Positions 9,837-19,228 of a stretch of DNA of 64,000 bases are shown piece after piece. The stretch covers positions 32,001 through 96,000 of the forward strand of contig CBDESZ010000004.1 of the NCBI GenBank assembly GCA_965242725.1. Direction: 5' to 3'. Below the pieces are notes generated by a model, which worked only from the letters and a program-made list of their open reading frames with translations, ran no database searches and had not been told where the DNA came from. A program made the position numbers and the translations under genes. Origin of the DNA: Alkalispirochaeta sp. Lineage in GTDB: Bacteria; Spirochaetota; Spirochaetia; DSM-27196; Alkalispirochaetaceae. How positions within the stretch are numbered: position 1 is the stretch's first letter; each line of letters starts with the position of its first letter.

Positions 9837-11458
9837 GGCTTGTGGAGGAAGTCAAATCCTCCGGAGCGGATGAGTTCAAACTCCGCCTTGTCCTCCAGAT
9901 AGCCGCTTGCAAAGATAATTCTCGTTGCCCCCAGCGGCTGCAGAAGCTCCAGGAGGGAAACGCCGGAGCCGTCGGGGAGAACCACATCGGCGACAATCGC
10001 ATCAAAGGCGCCCTCGTCCTCGCGCCACACCGCAACGGCCGCCTCAAGGGTGGTCGCCGCGGTTACGTCAAATCCAACCCGGGTAAGCCCTTCGGAAACG
10101 ACATCGATGACGGCGTGTTCGTCCTCCACAAGGAGTACCCGTCGCCCCGCCGCCTGCTGCGTCGGCGAATCTGTACGGCCATCTTCTTCCTTCTCCGCCG
10201 GCGCGCTCCTGATCGGCAGGGCGACGGTGACCGTCGTCCCCTTCCCGAGGGCGGAATTGATGGAGATCTCTCCGTCATGTTCCTGGACGATACCGTAGAC
10301 AACGGACAGCCCCAAACCCGTCCCCATTTCCCGTGACTTGGTGGTAAAGAACGGCTCCAGCGCCTTCTCCCGGGTGTCCCCGTCCATGCCGGCGCCGTCG
10401 TCGGAGACGGTGAGTACCGCCGTGGCGGCGCCCGACGGCGCCGCCCCCTCCGCCGCGTCCCCCTGCACGCGTCCGTATTCGCGGCCGTAGCCGTCGTCCT
10501 CCTCCGTCCCGTCACGTCGGGCCGTTGAAATGGTGATCGTCCCGCCGTCTGCAAGGGCGTCCCGGGCGTTGAGGACGAGGTTCATAATGACCTGGTCAAT
10601 CTTTCCGGCGTCACCGTGCACCCACAGCGCGTCCGAAGCGAGCCGGCTCTCCAGGGTGATATTCTCGCCAATGAGCCGGCGGAGCAATTTGATCATGCCG
10701 GAGACGGATGTATTGAGGTCAAAAATACGGTAATCCTCGGAAGGACCCTTGCGGCTGAAGAGGAGGAGCTGCCTGGTCAGTCCGGCGGCGCGGGTCGCGG
10801 CGGTGCGGATGCTGTCCAGCGCCTCCCGGGCGGGATTGTCATCATCAATAGAATGTTCCGCCAGGTGGAGGTACCCGCCGATGACGGTAAGGATATTGTT
10901 GAAGTCGTGGGCTACCCCTCCGGCAAGGCGCCCGATGGAATCCATGCGGTGGGCCTGTTGAATCTGCTCCTCCTGCGCGGCGAGCCGCTCCTGTGACCGC
11001 TTGCGTTCAGAAATATCGCGGATCCATGAAACCACACCGGCGTGCCACCCCTCCCGGCTGTCCAGTTCCGTCACGGTGATTTCCGCCGTAAAGTGCTCGC
11101 CCGTCCGCCGTCGCATGGGGTATTCAATGTGAACGGTGCCCGCCCTATCGAGGTCCGGATCAAACTTCACGGCAAAGTTGCGGTGGTGCTCGTCGTCGAT
11201 GTGCAGGATCGAGGTCTCCCGCCCCAGAAGCTCGTCCGGCCGGTACCCAAAGAGCTTCTCCACGGCGGGATTTGCATATCCAATCGTCCGCGTCTGCACA
11301 TCCACGACAAGCACGGCGTCATTGATGCTGTCCAGCACGGGCGAGGGAACCATGCTCATGAGTTTCTTCCTCTGGTGCGCACGTCGCCGGCGCTTTGCGG
11401 AAAAAAGACCTTCCCCGATCCACGCTGCACCGCCTGCAACAATTTTATATATACCCAC
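9794..11458 (-). CDS. PAS hybrid sensor histidine kinase
   Basis: PAS, GGVAHDFNN, NARDA, FFTTK, GTGLGL, REC. Start uncertain. Confidence 0.85.
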   Translation of the reverse strand: MGIYKIVAGGAAWIGEGLFSAKRRRRAHQRKKLMSMVPSPVLDSINDAVLVVDVQTRTIGYANPAVEKLFGYRPDELLGRETSILHIDDEHHRNFAVKFDPDLDRAGTVHIEYPMRRRTGEHFTAEITVTELDSREGWHAGVVSWIRDISERKRSQERLAAQEEQIQQAHRMDSIGRLAGGVAHDFNNILTVIGGYLHLAEHSIDDDNPAREALDSIRTAATRAAGLTRQLLLFSRKGPSEDYRIFDLNTSVSGMIKLLRRLIGENITLESRLASDALWVHGDAGKIDQVIMNLVLNARDALADGGTITISTARRDGTEEDDGYGREYGRVQGDAAEGAAPSGAATAVLTVSDDGAGMDGDTREKALEPFFTTKSREMGTGLGLSVVYGIVQEHDGEISINSALGKGTTVTVALPIRSAPAEKEEDGRTDSPTQQAAGRRVLLVEDEHAVIDVVSEGLTRVGFDVTAATTLEAAVAVWREDEGAFDAIVADVVLPDGSGVSLLELLQPLGATRIIFASGYLEDKAEFELIRSGGFDFLHKPYTIAALREILDGT

Positions 11459-11599
11459 CGTGCATCACACCTTCCAATTTTCCACCATATCACGTCGTCA
11501 TCGAGAGCTCAATCTTGATTAATTTAGTCGAACTTACGTTCCGCGGAGCGGGAAACCTGGTGAGAGGTGCGTCGGCCCGGATCGGGGGGCGGGCCGCGG

Positions 11600-11968
11600 T
11601 TACATCCCCGTCGTCCCGACGTAGCGCGCGGCCGCGCCGGTATAACCCACCCAACCGGTGAGCTCTCCCGTCAGGACATACCCGTCGTCCCGCAACCGCA
11701 CGGCAATGTTGCACAGATGGGCTTCCAGCCGTCCCAGCGTGCGCCTGGTGCCGTCGGCACGGTGAGCGGCGTCAAACTCAAAGGTCATGACAAACTCCCG
11801 GGCCCGCTCCGAAGGGGTGAGGCGCAACACATCCATGGCAAGACGCTCGTTTGCCGGAGTCGCCGCCGAGGTGGTGTCAAGGGTGAAGTCGGCGGGCCAG
11901 CCGTCGATCACGATGGAAAGGTTGTTGTCGGTGGCGGTGATCCGAATCTGTTTTCTCTGTTCGGCCAT
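11600..11968 (-). CDS. Hypothetical protein
   Basis: 122 aa ORF with GGAGGG RBS; no recognisable family. Confidence 0.55.
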   Translation of the reverse strand: MAEQRKQIRITATDNNLSIVIDGWPADFTLDTTSAATPANERLAMDVLRLTPSERAREFVMTFEFDAAHRADGTRRTLGRLEAHLCNIAVRLRDDGYVLTGELTGWVGYTGAAARYVGTTGM

Positions 11969-12062
11969 GGGTCCCTCCGGTAGAACTCCAGTCTTGACCC
12001 CATCTCTTGCCTGAAGCTTGCCGAATCGTTACAGATTTGTAATATCAGGACAGGGGGAAAAG

Positions 12063-12593
12063 ATGGCCAGACTCGTATTTGGAATGAATCAGTCCCTGGA
12101 CGGATACGTCGACCACACGGCCTTCGGACCCGGGCCCGCGCTCTTTCGGCACTTCATTAACGAGGCGCAGGAGCAGACCGGCAGCGTCTACGGCCGCAGG
12201 ATGTATGAAATCATGCGCTACTGGGACGACGACCGGCCCGAGTGGACTGACGATGAACGCGCCTTTGCGACGGCGTGGCGCACCCAGCAAAAATGGGTCG
12301 TCTCCCGCTCATTACGGTCGGTCGGTCCCGGGGCCACCCTCATCGACGGGGACCTTGAAGGGGCGATCCGCACCATAACGGCCAAACACGACGGCGAGAT
12401 CGAAGTCGCCGGCCCCACTCTGGCACACAGCCTGACCGCACTCGGCCTCATCGATGAATATCGGATATACCTCCATCCCGTCGTTCTCGGTCACGGCACG
12501 CCATACTTCGCCGGACCCCGGCCGCCCCTCCGCCTCATCGCCGCCGACCGGATCGACGAGCATGTGATCAGGTTGAGGTATGTGCCCCTATGA
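12063..12593 (+). CDS. Dihydrofolate reductase / RibD C-terminal-like protein
   Basis: MNQSLDGY, YGRRMYE, GLIDEYRIYLHPVVLGHG. Confidence 0.85.
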   Translation: MARLVFGMNQSLDGYVDHTAFGPGPALFRHFINEAQEQTGSVYGRRMYEIMRYWDDDRPEWTDDERAFATAWRTQQKWVVSRSLRSVGPGATLIDGDLEGAIRTITAKHDGEIEVAGPTLAHSLTALGLIDEYRIYLHPVVLGHGTPYFAGPRPPLRLIAADRIDEHVIRLRYVPL

Positions 12594-12634
12594 CAATCCT
12601 TGATTTCACCGCGAAATTGGTAGATGTTTTGTCC

Positions 12635-12937
12635 ATGCGGTTGACCGAGAGTCAGCGACAGGAGATCCTTCGGACCAAAACAGAAGTCTTTGGGACGGAT
12701 GCGTCGGTGTTCCTCTTTGGTTCCCGTACGGATGATACTGCCAAAGGCGGTGATATCGATCTCCTGATCACCACCGGCCTTGACATGGACACAGCGAGAA
12801 AGAAGAAAATACGGTTTCTGACGACACTCAAACGCCGTATCGGAGAGCGTCGTATCGATGTCGTGATCCGGACACCTGACACCTGCGAAGGTTCGATCCA
12901 CCGGATTGCGATTGCCGAAGGGGTGCCGATCGTATGA
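12635..12937 (+). CDS. Minimal nucleotidyltransferase (MNT antitoxin)
   Basis: LFGSRTDDTAKGGDIDL (GSX10DXD). Overlaps next gene (ATGA). Confidence 0.85.
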   Translation: MRLTESQRQEILRTKTEVFGTDASVFLFGSRTDDTAKGGDIDLLITTGLDMDTARKKKIRFLTTLKRRIGERRIDVVIRTPDTCEGSIHRIAIAEGVPIV

Positions 12938-13425
12938 ATGAGGACGAACGTGCAAAGATCGAGATGATTCTTCATGAGTGCGATGTTCACGCCGGGAGAG
13001 TCGAATATGCTCAAAATGCGTGTTCCCGATTGTTTCCACTAACCGGTCAAACGTACGGAAAACTCTCCAATGAGGAAATCGCGCACATCGATCAACTCAT
13101 CTATCGGTATATGAAACTACAAGACGCGCTGGGGGCAAAATTGTTTCCCGCCATCGTCGCCCAGTTCCGAGAAGACGCCGAATCTCTCACGATTCTCGAC
13201 AAACTCAATCAGCTCGAACGATTAAACGCAATCGCTGATGCAGAACGGTGGCAGGAGCTCCGGGAACTCCGAAACCAGCTCTCCCACGACTATCAAGACC
13301 ATGTTGAGACCGCGGTAGGATATCTCAACGACGTCTATGAGACGAGCTCCATCTTGCTCGGTTATTACAAACAAGCTACACGTTTTGTCCGCGAGCAGAT
13401 TATATCGCCGGATCAGGATTCATAG
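12934..13425 (+). CDS. HEPN-domain toxin
   Basis: RELRNQLSHDY (RX4HXY). Coupled to the MNT gene. Confidence 0.8.
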   Translation: MNEDERAKIEMILHECDVHAGRVEYAQNACSRLFPLTGQTYGKLSNEEIAHIDQLIYRYMKLQDALGAKLFPAIVAQFREDAESLTILDKLNQLERLNAIADAERWQELRELRNQLSHDYQDHVETAVGYLNDVYETSSILLGYYKQATRFVREQIISPDQDS

Positions 13426-13518
13426 GGTCAGGAAATACCTCCGTCGACATACAGAGATATTGAAGAAAAATATATAACTCTTCCAACAAATGCATCTTTT
13501 CGATGATATCATGGAGCG

Positions 13519-14526
13519 GTGTCCAGATATGAACGGCTTCAGTCCATTGAACAGTTGCTCATTGCCCACCCGGAAGGACTCCATCGTGCGGATGTAGCCC
13601 GTCGTCTGGGAGTGCATCGCAGCACAATAGGCCGGGACATTACGGAGCTCTCCCACTATCTTCCCGTCCTGGAAGACGACGAACAGCGCATATCCCTTGA
13701 CCGGCGTCGCTATCTCACCACGTCAAAACTGACGATGTTTGAACTTGAGTTTCTCCACCTCGCGGCGCGACTCTTTGCCCGGGTTATGAAGTTTCCATTT
13801 CCCCACGCCTCGGCGGCGTTGCGCAAACTGGCGAATGCGCAGGGGACGGTCAGTCTCCGTCTTGCCCGGCGCATGCGGAGCACCGCCGACGATATCGATA
13901 CCTTCCCCTCATCGGCTTCTACGGCGTCAACGCACTACCGGAACATGATCGAACAACTTGGCATCGCCATTACCGACGGACGGTCCGTCTGGGCGGAACA
14001 CTACTCCCGGAATCACGATGAAATTCGCCGCTATCATTTGCTTCCGCTCACCATTGAACCGCACCACGAGGGGCGGGCGGTACATCTTCTCGCCTGGGAC
14101 CTGGGGGCCGATCCGCAGCAGTTCCGGACACTCAAGATAGAACGAATCCGTCATCTGGAGCTCGATTGTCCGCATCCGGAAGCGGCGATGGATAGACATG
14201 CGGAGCAGTTACGGGATCGTCTCTCCCGCGCCTGGAGCATATGGACTACCGACGGCAATCCGGTCCCGGTGGTATTACGATTTTCACCCGCCGTCGCCGA
14301 CCGGGTGGTGGAGACACTTTGGCACGGGAGCCAGCATACGGAGGAACAACCCGACGGCAGCGTCATATGGAATGGACTGATTTCTGAACCCCGGGAGATG
14401 TACCCCTGGATCCGCGGCTGGGGGCCGGATGTAGAAGTCCTGGAACCCATGCGGTTGAGGGAAGAACACCGTCGGGATTTTGAGCGCGGCGTGACAGTCT
14501 ACTACTCGAGCAAGAGTAGTTTGTAG
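13519..14526 (+). CDS. WYL-domain transcriptional regulator (HTH-WYL-WCX)
   Basis: N-terminal HTH (ADVARRLGVHRSTIGRDI), FRTLKIERI, WIRGWGPDVEVLEP. Confidence 0.88.
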   Translation: MSRYERLQSIEQLLIAHPEGLHRADVARRLGVHRSTIGRDITELSHYLPVLEDDEQRISLDRRRYLTTSKLTMFELEFLHLAARLFARVMKFPFPHASAALRKLANAQGTVSLRLARRMRSTADDIDTFPSSASTASTHYRNMIEQLGIAITDGRSVWAEHYSRNHDEIRRYHLLPLTIEPHHEGRAVHLLAWDLGADPQQFRTLKIERIRHLELDCPHPEAAMDRHAEQLRDRLSRAWSIWTTDGNPVPVVLRFSPAVADRVVETLWHGSQHTEEQPDGSVIWNGLISEPREMYPWIRGWGPDVEVLEPMRLREEHRRDFERGVTVYYSSKSSL

Positions 14527-14645
14527 CCGGGTGTAATTAAAGAACGAGTGAAACGAGGAATTAGGAGTAAACATGTAATTAAGGTAAGCAAATGTAAAGT
14601 AATTACATCATTTTTCCTGACAGTTGTTACCAATGACGGAATTAT

Positions 14646-14664
14646 TGTTGCAAGTTTCGCAACA
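14646..14664. promoter_or_regulatory. Palindromic operator candidate
   Basis: TGTTGC-N7-GCAACA in the AT-rich WYL-cas3 intergenic region. Confidence 0.35.
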
Positions 14665-14763
14665 GAGGTGTGGGAAGATTTTTTACAAGAGGGAATTATG
14701 GTAGTTCGAGATGACGGCTCTAAGTTTTGGGTTACAAACCTTGGAAATACAGGGCACAATGAG

Positions 14764-14841
14764 GGTGTCCCTGCTTGCGCGGGGGTGAACCGTTTAACTT
14801 GTGGTTCGACTAAGAGTTCCTGCATTTGCGGGAAACACAAG
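14764..14841 (+). ncRNA. Degenerate CRISPR mini-array / crRNA-like regulatory RNA candidate
   Basis: Repeat-like GGTGTCCCTGCTTGCGCGGGGGTGAACCG (20/29 identical to the array repeat, stem kept by G-U pairs), ~20-nt spacer TTTAACTTGTGGTTCGACTA, second hairpin TTCCTGC-ATTT-GCGGGAA. Confidence 0.75.
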
Positions 14842-14856
14842 TTAAACTTACTATTC

Positions 14857-14885
14857 TTGACTCGTCCGCCGATCCGCGCTATTAT
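14857..14885 (+). promoter_or_regulatory. Predicted sigma70 promoter of the cas operon
   Basis: TTGACT-N17-TATTAT, ~105 bp upstream of the cas3 GTG. Confidence 0.7.
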
Positions 14886-14991
14886 TGTATTATACTGCGG
14901 GGTGGGCGAGTTCTTTTTTTACCCTTCTTATTATGCCAAGTCTTTCCTGCGCTGTTAATTTTTTGTGTTTGTCGAGGATGGAGGTATAGTC

Positions 14992-15726
14992 GTGGAAACA
15001 TTTTGGGCTAAAACGCCGATGGATCGTACGATCACTCCGGATTGGGAAAACATCCACAGCGTGTTACACCATTGTATAGACGTTGGGTTGGTAGCGGAAA
15101 CCTTACTCGAAAAACGATGGAAGTCAATTCGAGAAATTCTCCGTCGATTTCATACTGACGTAGACATGGCGGTGTTAATTGTCGTTGTTTTGGCCGCCGC
15201 ACACGACATCGGCAAAATAACATGGTGGTTTCAGAGTAAAGTCGATTCTCTGTATTGTCGATTGAGGCGAGCTGGATTTGGACCAGCCCCGGGAACAGTG
15301 CTGTATCACGGCCAGGCAACTTGTTTTTTTCTTGCCCAGCGTCTCGAGTCCGATTGGTTGAAAACGGACACCGACCTTATCGGAATGTGCGCGCAGGCTT
15401 CCGGTTGTCATCATGGAACGTTCTTCAATATTGCAGATTCCGATCTGTTGTCCGACGGAGATCGTTGGGCGGAGCAGCGCAATCTCCATTTTTCTGCCCT
15501 TGTCAATACTTGGTTTCCGGGTAGGACTACCTTACCTGAACCAGAAGAGGACAACCCTGGCCCTGAATGGACAATGCTCGTTGCAGGACTCATTTCAGTC
15601 GCCGATTGGGTAGGTTCATCTTTGCCTTTTCCTGCAGCAGTAAGTGACCAGGTAGAGTATCTGGACCTCCGACGAAGGCAAGTCCACTCGAGACTTCAAG
15701 AGACGGGTCTATTAGCGTATGTCTGA
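14992..15726 (+). CDS. cas3: Cas3 HD nuclease domain
   Basis: FWAK, HSVLHHCIDV, AAAHDIGK, CHHG, ISVADWVGS. GGAGGT RBS before GTG. Confidence 0.88.
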   Translation: METFWAKTPMDRTITPDWENIHSVLHHCIDVGLVAETLLEKRWKSIREILRRFHTDVDMAVLIVVVLAAAHDIGKITWWFQSKVDSLYCRLRRAGFGPAPGTVLYHGQATCFFLAQRLESDWLKTDTDLIGMCAQASGCHHGTFFNIADSDLLSDGDRWAEQRNLHFSALVNTWFPGRTTLPEPEEDNPGPEWTMLVAGLISVADWVGSSLPFPAAVSDQVEYLDLRRRQVHSRLQETGLLAYV

Positions 15727-17632
15727 ACATAGGTCTGCAGGTAAGTTTCACGATTTGTTCGCCCCGGCAATCACAGACGAAAAGTGGAACGCAAACGAGA
15801 CCCAGGAAAAACTCCATGATTTGGTTGTGAATATCGATGGACCATTCTTGGCTATAGTGGAAGCTCCAACGGGCATCGGAAAAACCGAAGCTTTTGCGTA
15901 TGCCTACGCCTCCCGACATGCAAAAAACGCCACGGGGACCGATGGTATGTACGTTGCGCTCCCAACGATGGCGACAACCAACGCCATGTTTCCGCGTATC
16001 AAGGATTTTCTTGAAAACTTGGTCGGAGATGATACCACCACACTCCATTTGGCTCAGTCCGAGGCCGTTCTTAATCCAGAGTTTAAAGTGCTGTATGCCG
16101 GTGGTGCAAATGGGCCCCAGGATCAACAAGATTCGGTAGCGACATACGACTGGTTCAATGGGCGCAAGCGTGCACTTCTAACACAGTTTTCCGTGGGTAC
16201 GGTAGATCAGATCATGATGGCCGCGATGGCGACAAGGCATCAATTCGTCCGGATGTTCGGACTGTACGGGAAAACGGTGATCATTGATGAAATTCACGCA
16301 TATGACACGTACATGATGGACATTATTGGAGTATTGCTATCGTGGCTGCGGCGCATCGGGTCGCCGGTGATTCTCTTGTCCGCCACACTTCCAAAGGCCA
16401 TGTGTGTTGAGTTGATCGCTACCTACTCGGGACAATCCGTTGATGTCGAGATGTTGGCTGATGGCCCGAACATCACTGTCTGGTCTGAAGAAGCTTTGCA
16501 CTCGGAACCGATTAACGATATCAATCCGCGAACGTTGAAATTTCGATTATGCCAGTATGAAGACTCCTTTGATGCAGTAGTTCAGCACGCCACAGACGCT
16601 ACGCTGGCGGCTCTACAGAAGGGCGGATGTATCGCCTGTGTAATGAACACCGTTAACGATGCCCAAGCCGTTGCGCGTTCGTTGCATTCAACTATGGATG
16701 AGGATGTTCCAATGATCGTAGCGCATTCTCGATTCACCCGAAAAGATCGGCGGAGTTGGGAAGAACAACTCCTCAGACTATTCGGGAAGGATCGGACCAA
16801 CCGTCCGGAACGGGCCGTGGTGGTGGGAACGCAGGTCCTTGAGCAAAGCCTAGATGTAGATTTTGACTATATGGTGACGGATTTGGCGCCGATTGACCTC
16901 TTAATTCAGCGCGCTGGGCGAGTGCATCGACACTGGCAAAAGTATCCATCCTCAAGGCGAGCACATGTAGAACCGACGTTATTGGTGCTTGTTCCAAAAT
17001 TGGAAGAGTTTGAACCTCGACACACGGTACGGGGAATATATAAGGCATCCGTGCTCGCACGCACTGCGTTTGCACTTGTTGAACACGGTGAGGATGTGGT
17101 GCTGCCTGGAAATGAAACGCATCTGATTGACACGGTGTATGAGCAAAATACTCAGTGGAATTTACCGGAGACAGTCATAGAACACCTATCGGAGTGGGAT
17201 CGGGAGGCCGGTGGCAACGATGCCAAAGAACGAGTTCATGCGTCACGGATTGAGCTGCCGACACCGGAGTTCTTCGACGACGAGCCCGACCTGTCCGAGC
17301 TCGCCGGTTTGTTCGCCGAAGTCGACGAAGAAAAGGTGCGAACTCGCCTTGGCGAAGATTCAATGGACGTAGTGATACTTGCCGCCGACGCCGGAATGGA
17401 TGAATACGAATTGCATATTGAAAACACCGTGCGAGTGAGTTCCCGAGTGTTACGAGCGGCATTACAGGACGTTCCGCAACCATCTGAGTGGAATAAACAC
17501 TGGTTTTTAAATCGCGCGGTTCCTCTCAGGCCTAACAACGGTAAAGCAGAAATAGAAGGATTAACGATTTCATACAACCGGCAGTATGGACTTCAACACA
17601 CAAAATCAAGGAAAGAAGGTGACTTTAAATGA
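15719..17632 (+). CDS. cas3: Cas3 SF2 helicase domain
   Basis: APTGIGKT, DEIHAYD, LSAT, QVLEQSLDVDFD, QRAGRVHRH. Confidence 0.92.
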   Translation: MSEHRSAGKFHDLFAPAITDEKWNANETQEKLHDLVVNIDGPFLAIVEAPTGIGKTEAFAYAYASRHAKNATGTDGMYVALPTMATTNAMFPRIKDFLENLVGDDTTTLHLAQSEAVLNPEFKVLYAGGANGPQDQQDSVATYDWFNGRKRALLTQFSVGTVDQIMMAAMATRHQFVRMFGLYGKTVIIDEIHAYDTYMMDIIGVLLSWLRRIGSPVILLSATLPKAMCVELIATYSGQSVDVEMLADGPNITVWSEEALHSEPINDINPRTLKFRLCQYEDSFDAVVQHATDATLAALQKGGCIACVMNTVNDAQAVARSLHSTMDEDVPMIVAHSRFTRKDRRSWEEQLLRLFGKDRTNRPERAVVVGTQVLEQSLDVDFDYMVTDLAPIDLLIQRAGRVHRHWQKYPSSRRAHVEPTLLVLVPKLEEFEPRHTVRGIYKASVLARTAFALVEHGEDVVLPGNETHLIDTVYEQNTQWNLPETVIEHLSEWDREAGGNDAKERVHASRIELPTPEFFDDEPDLSELAGLFAEVDEEKVRTRLGEDSMDVVILAADAGMDEYELHIENTVRVSSRVLRAALQDVPQPSEWNKHWFLNRAVPLRPNNGKAEIEGLTISYNRQYGLQHTKSRKEGDFK

Positions 17633-19218
17633 TAGGATTTGATCTTCGTACGGAGCCTTGGATTCCGGTTGTTACCACCGAAGGTATTCGACTCGAACTC
17701 GGGCTGAAAGATGCTTTTTTGCGGGCTCACGAAACCAAAGTGATCGCGGCGGACAATCCGTTGCAGACTATTAGTTTGTACCGCGTACTCGTGGGTCTTA
17801 CACACCACATGGTTGGTGATGTAGAAAATCATAAAGAATGGGGCGCTTTATACAGAGTTGGCCGTTTTGATACCGAAGTGGTCAACCGATATTTTGACAC
17901 TTCCGAATGGGCCGATCGGTTCGATCTTTTTCACGCGGAAAATCCCTTTTGGCAGGTCCCGGGCTTAATCAACATTGATACAAAGAACGGGGAGGAACGT
18001 CCCGTCCAAGCTACGACGATAGACATTGGTGAAGCATCCGGTAACAATAAAACACTATTCTCGCACAGATTAGATTCCGACGAAACCAGTTATTCGCCGG
18101 CGCAGGCCGCGCGGTTATTATGCACTTGCCAATTTTTTTCTCTTGGTGGGCTTAATAAAAAGAGTACAAACCGTACCGGATATCAGCAGAGTTTTTTTAA
18201 TGCGCCGCTTGTTTCCGGTATGCCGAGTCTGCTGATGGGACAAAGTGTGTTCGAAACCGTCTGCTTGAATCTTGTCACGACGCGGTCGCGCTCCTTACGG
18301 AACCACCGTGGCTTGGAATCACTTGGCGAACCACCATGGGCACAAAAACCGCTTTCTCCGGATGTTGATTTACCGGTAACTACTAAAGAACAAGCTGTAT
18401 CTTCTTCGTTTTTTGAGTACTTCCTACCGTGGAGCAGGTACATTCGTCTGGTCCCCAAGAAGACAGAGACAGGCGACGTTGAAGTATCCCAGCTGCATAT
18501 CGCCCAGGGGCTAGCCTACGATCCGGTAGACGAGCCGTGGACCACCAAACGGGAGGATAAAAAGACCGGAGAGGTCAGATCGGTTTCTTTCAACCCGGAA
18601 CGCGCATTATGGAGAGATGCAGGCGCGTTTCTTGGTTTGACCAGTGCAACAGGCGATAGACAATACCGTAAATCAAGCCCTTTGGACGCGTACAGCAAAT
18701 ATCGAAAAGATAAGAACAACAAACTACCGTTCATGGTTCCTATGGCTGTGTTTGCTCTAGCTAACGACAAGGCGAAACCGCTTCTTTGGCGTCAGGAAGA
18801 GCTGCACGTGCCTGACGTAAACGAAGAGAATCAGGAATATGCGAAAAACATTCAACAATGTCTTGAGACCGCTGAAAGTGTGGGCGGGGTATTGAAAGCT
18901 GCCATTTCTCGCCTTGCTATGGAGATGTTCCGCAACACAGACAATCGGCGTGAATCGCTCCCTCAGAGGATCGCGGACGGATCATCGGCACTTCGCAGCT
19001 ACTGGTCCTTGTTGGACCTGCCCTTCAGACGCTTCCTATCCGGAGACATCGAGGCGATTGGGTTTCTCCGCACCTCTTTCCGCGTTGCGGAGGAATCTTT
19101 CGCGCTTTACGTGAAGCAAACGGTAGGCACGGATGTACGATATTTTGATGCTCTATCCAAAGCGAAACTACAACTTTTGGGGTCCTTGAAGAAGAAACGA
19201 CAACCACTGGAAATATAG
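17629..19218 (+). CDS. cas8e: Type I-E Cascade large subunit Cas8e (Cse1/CasA)
   Basis: FDLRTEPWIPV, RFDLFHAENPFWQ, SGNNKTLFSH, PERALWR. Confidence 0.9.
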   Translation: MIGFDLRTEPWIPVVTTEGIRLELGLKDAFLRAHETKVIAADNPLQTISLYRVLVGLTHHMVGDVENHKEWGALYRVGRFDTEVVNRYFDTSEWADRFDLFHAENPFWQVPGLINIDTKNGEERPVQATTIDIGEASGNNKTLFSHRLDSDETSYSPAQAARLLCTCQFFSLGGLNKKSTNRTGYQQSFFNAPLVSGMPSLLMGQSVFETVCLNLVTTRSRSLRNHRGLESLGEPPWAQKPLSPDVDLPVTTKEQAVSSSFFEYFLPWSRYIRLVPKKTETGDVEVSQLHIAQGLAYDPVDEPWTTKREDKKTGEVRSVSFNPERALWRDAGAFLGLTSATGDRQYRKSSPLDAYSKYRKDKNNKLPFMVPMAVFALANDKAKPLLWRQEELHVPDVNEENQEYAKNIQQCLETAESVGGVLKAAISRLAMEMFRNTDNRRESLPQRIADGSSALRSYWSLLDLPFRRFLSGDIEAIGFLRTSFRVAEESFALYVKQTVGTDVRYFDALSKAKLQLLGSLKKKRQPLEI

Positions 19219-19228
19219 GAGGAATAAC

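Noticed and set aside
14548..14958. 136-aa ORF between WYL and cas3
   Set aside because: No recognisable domain; overlaps the mini-array and promoter.
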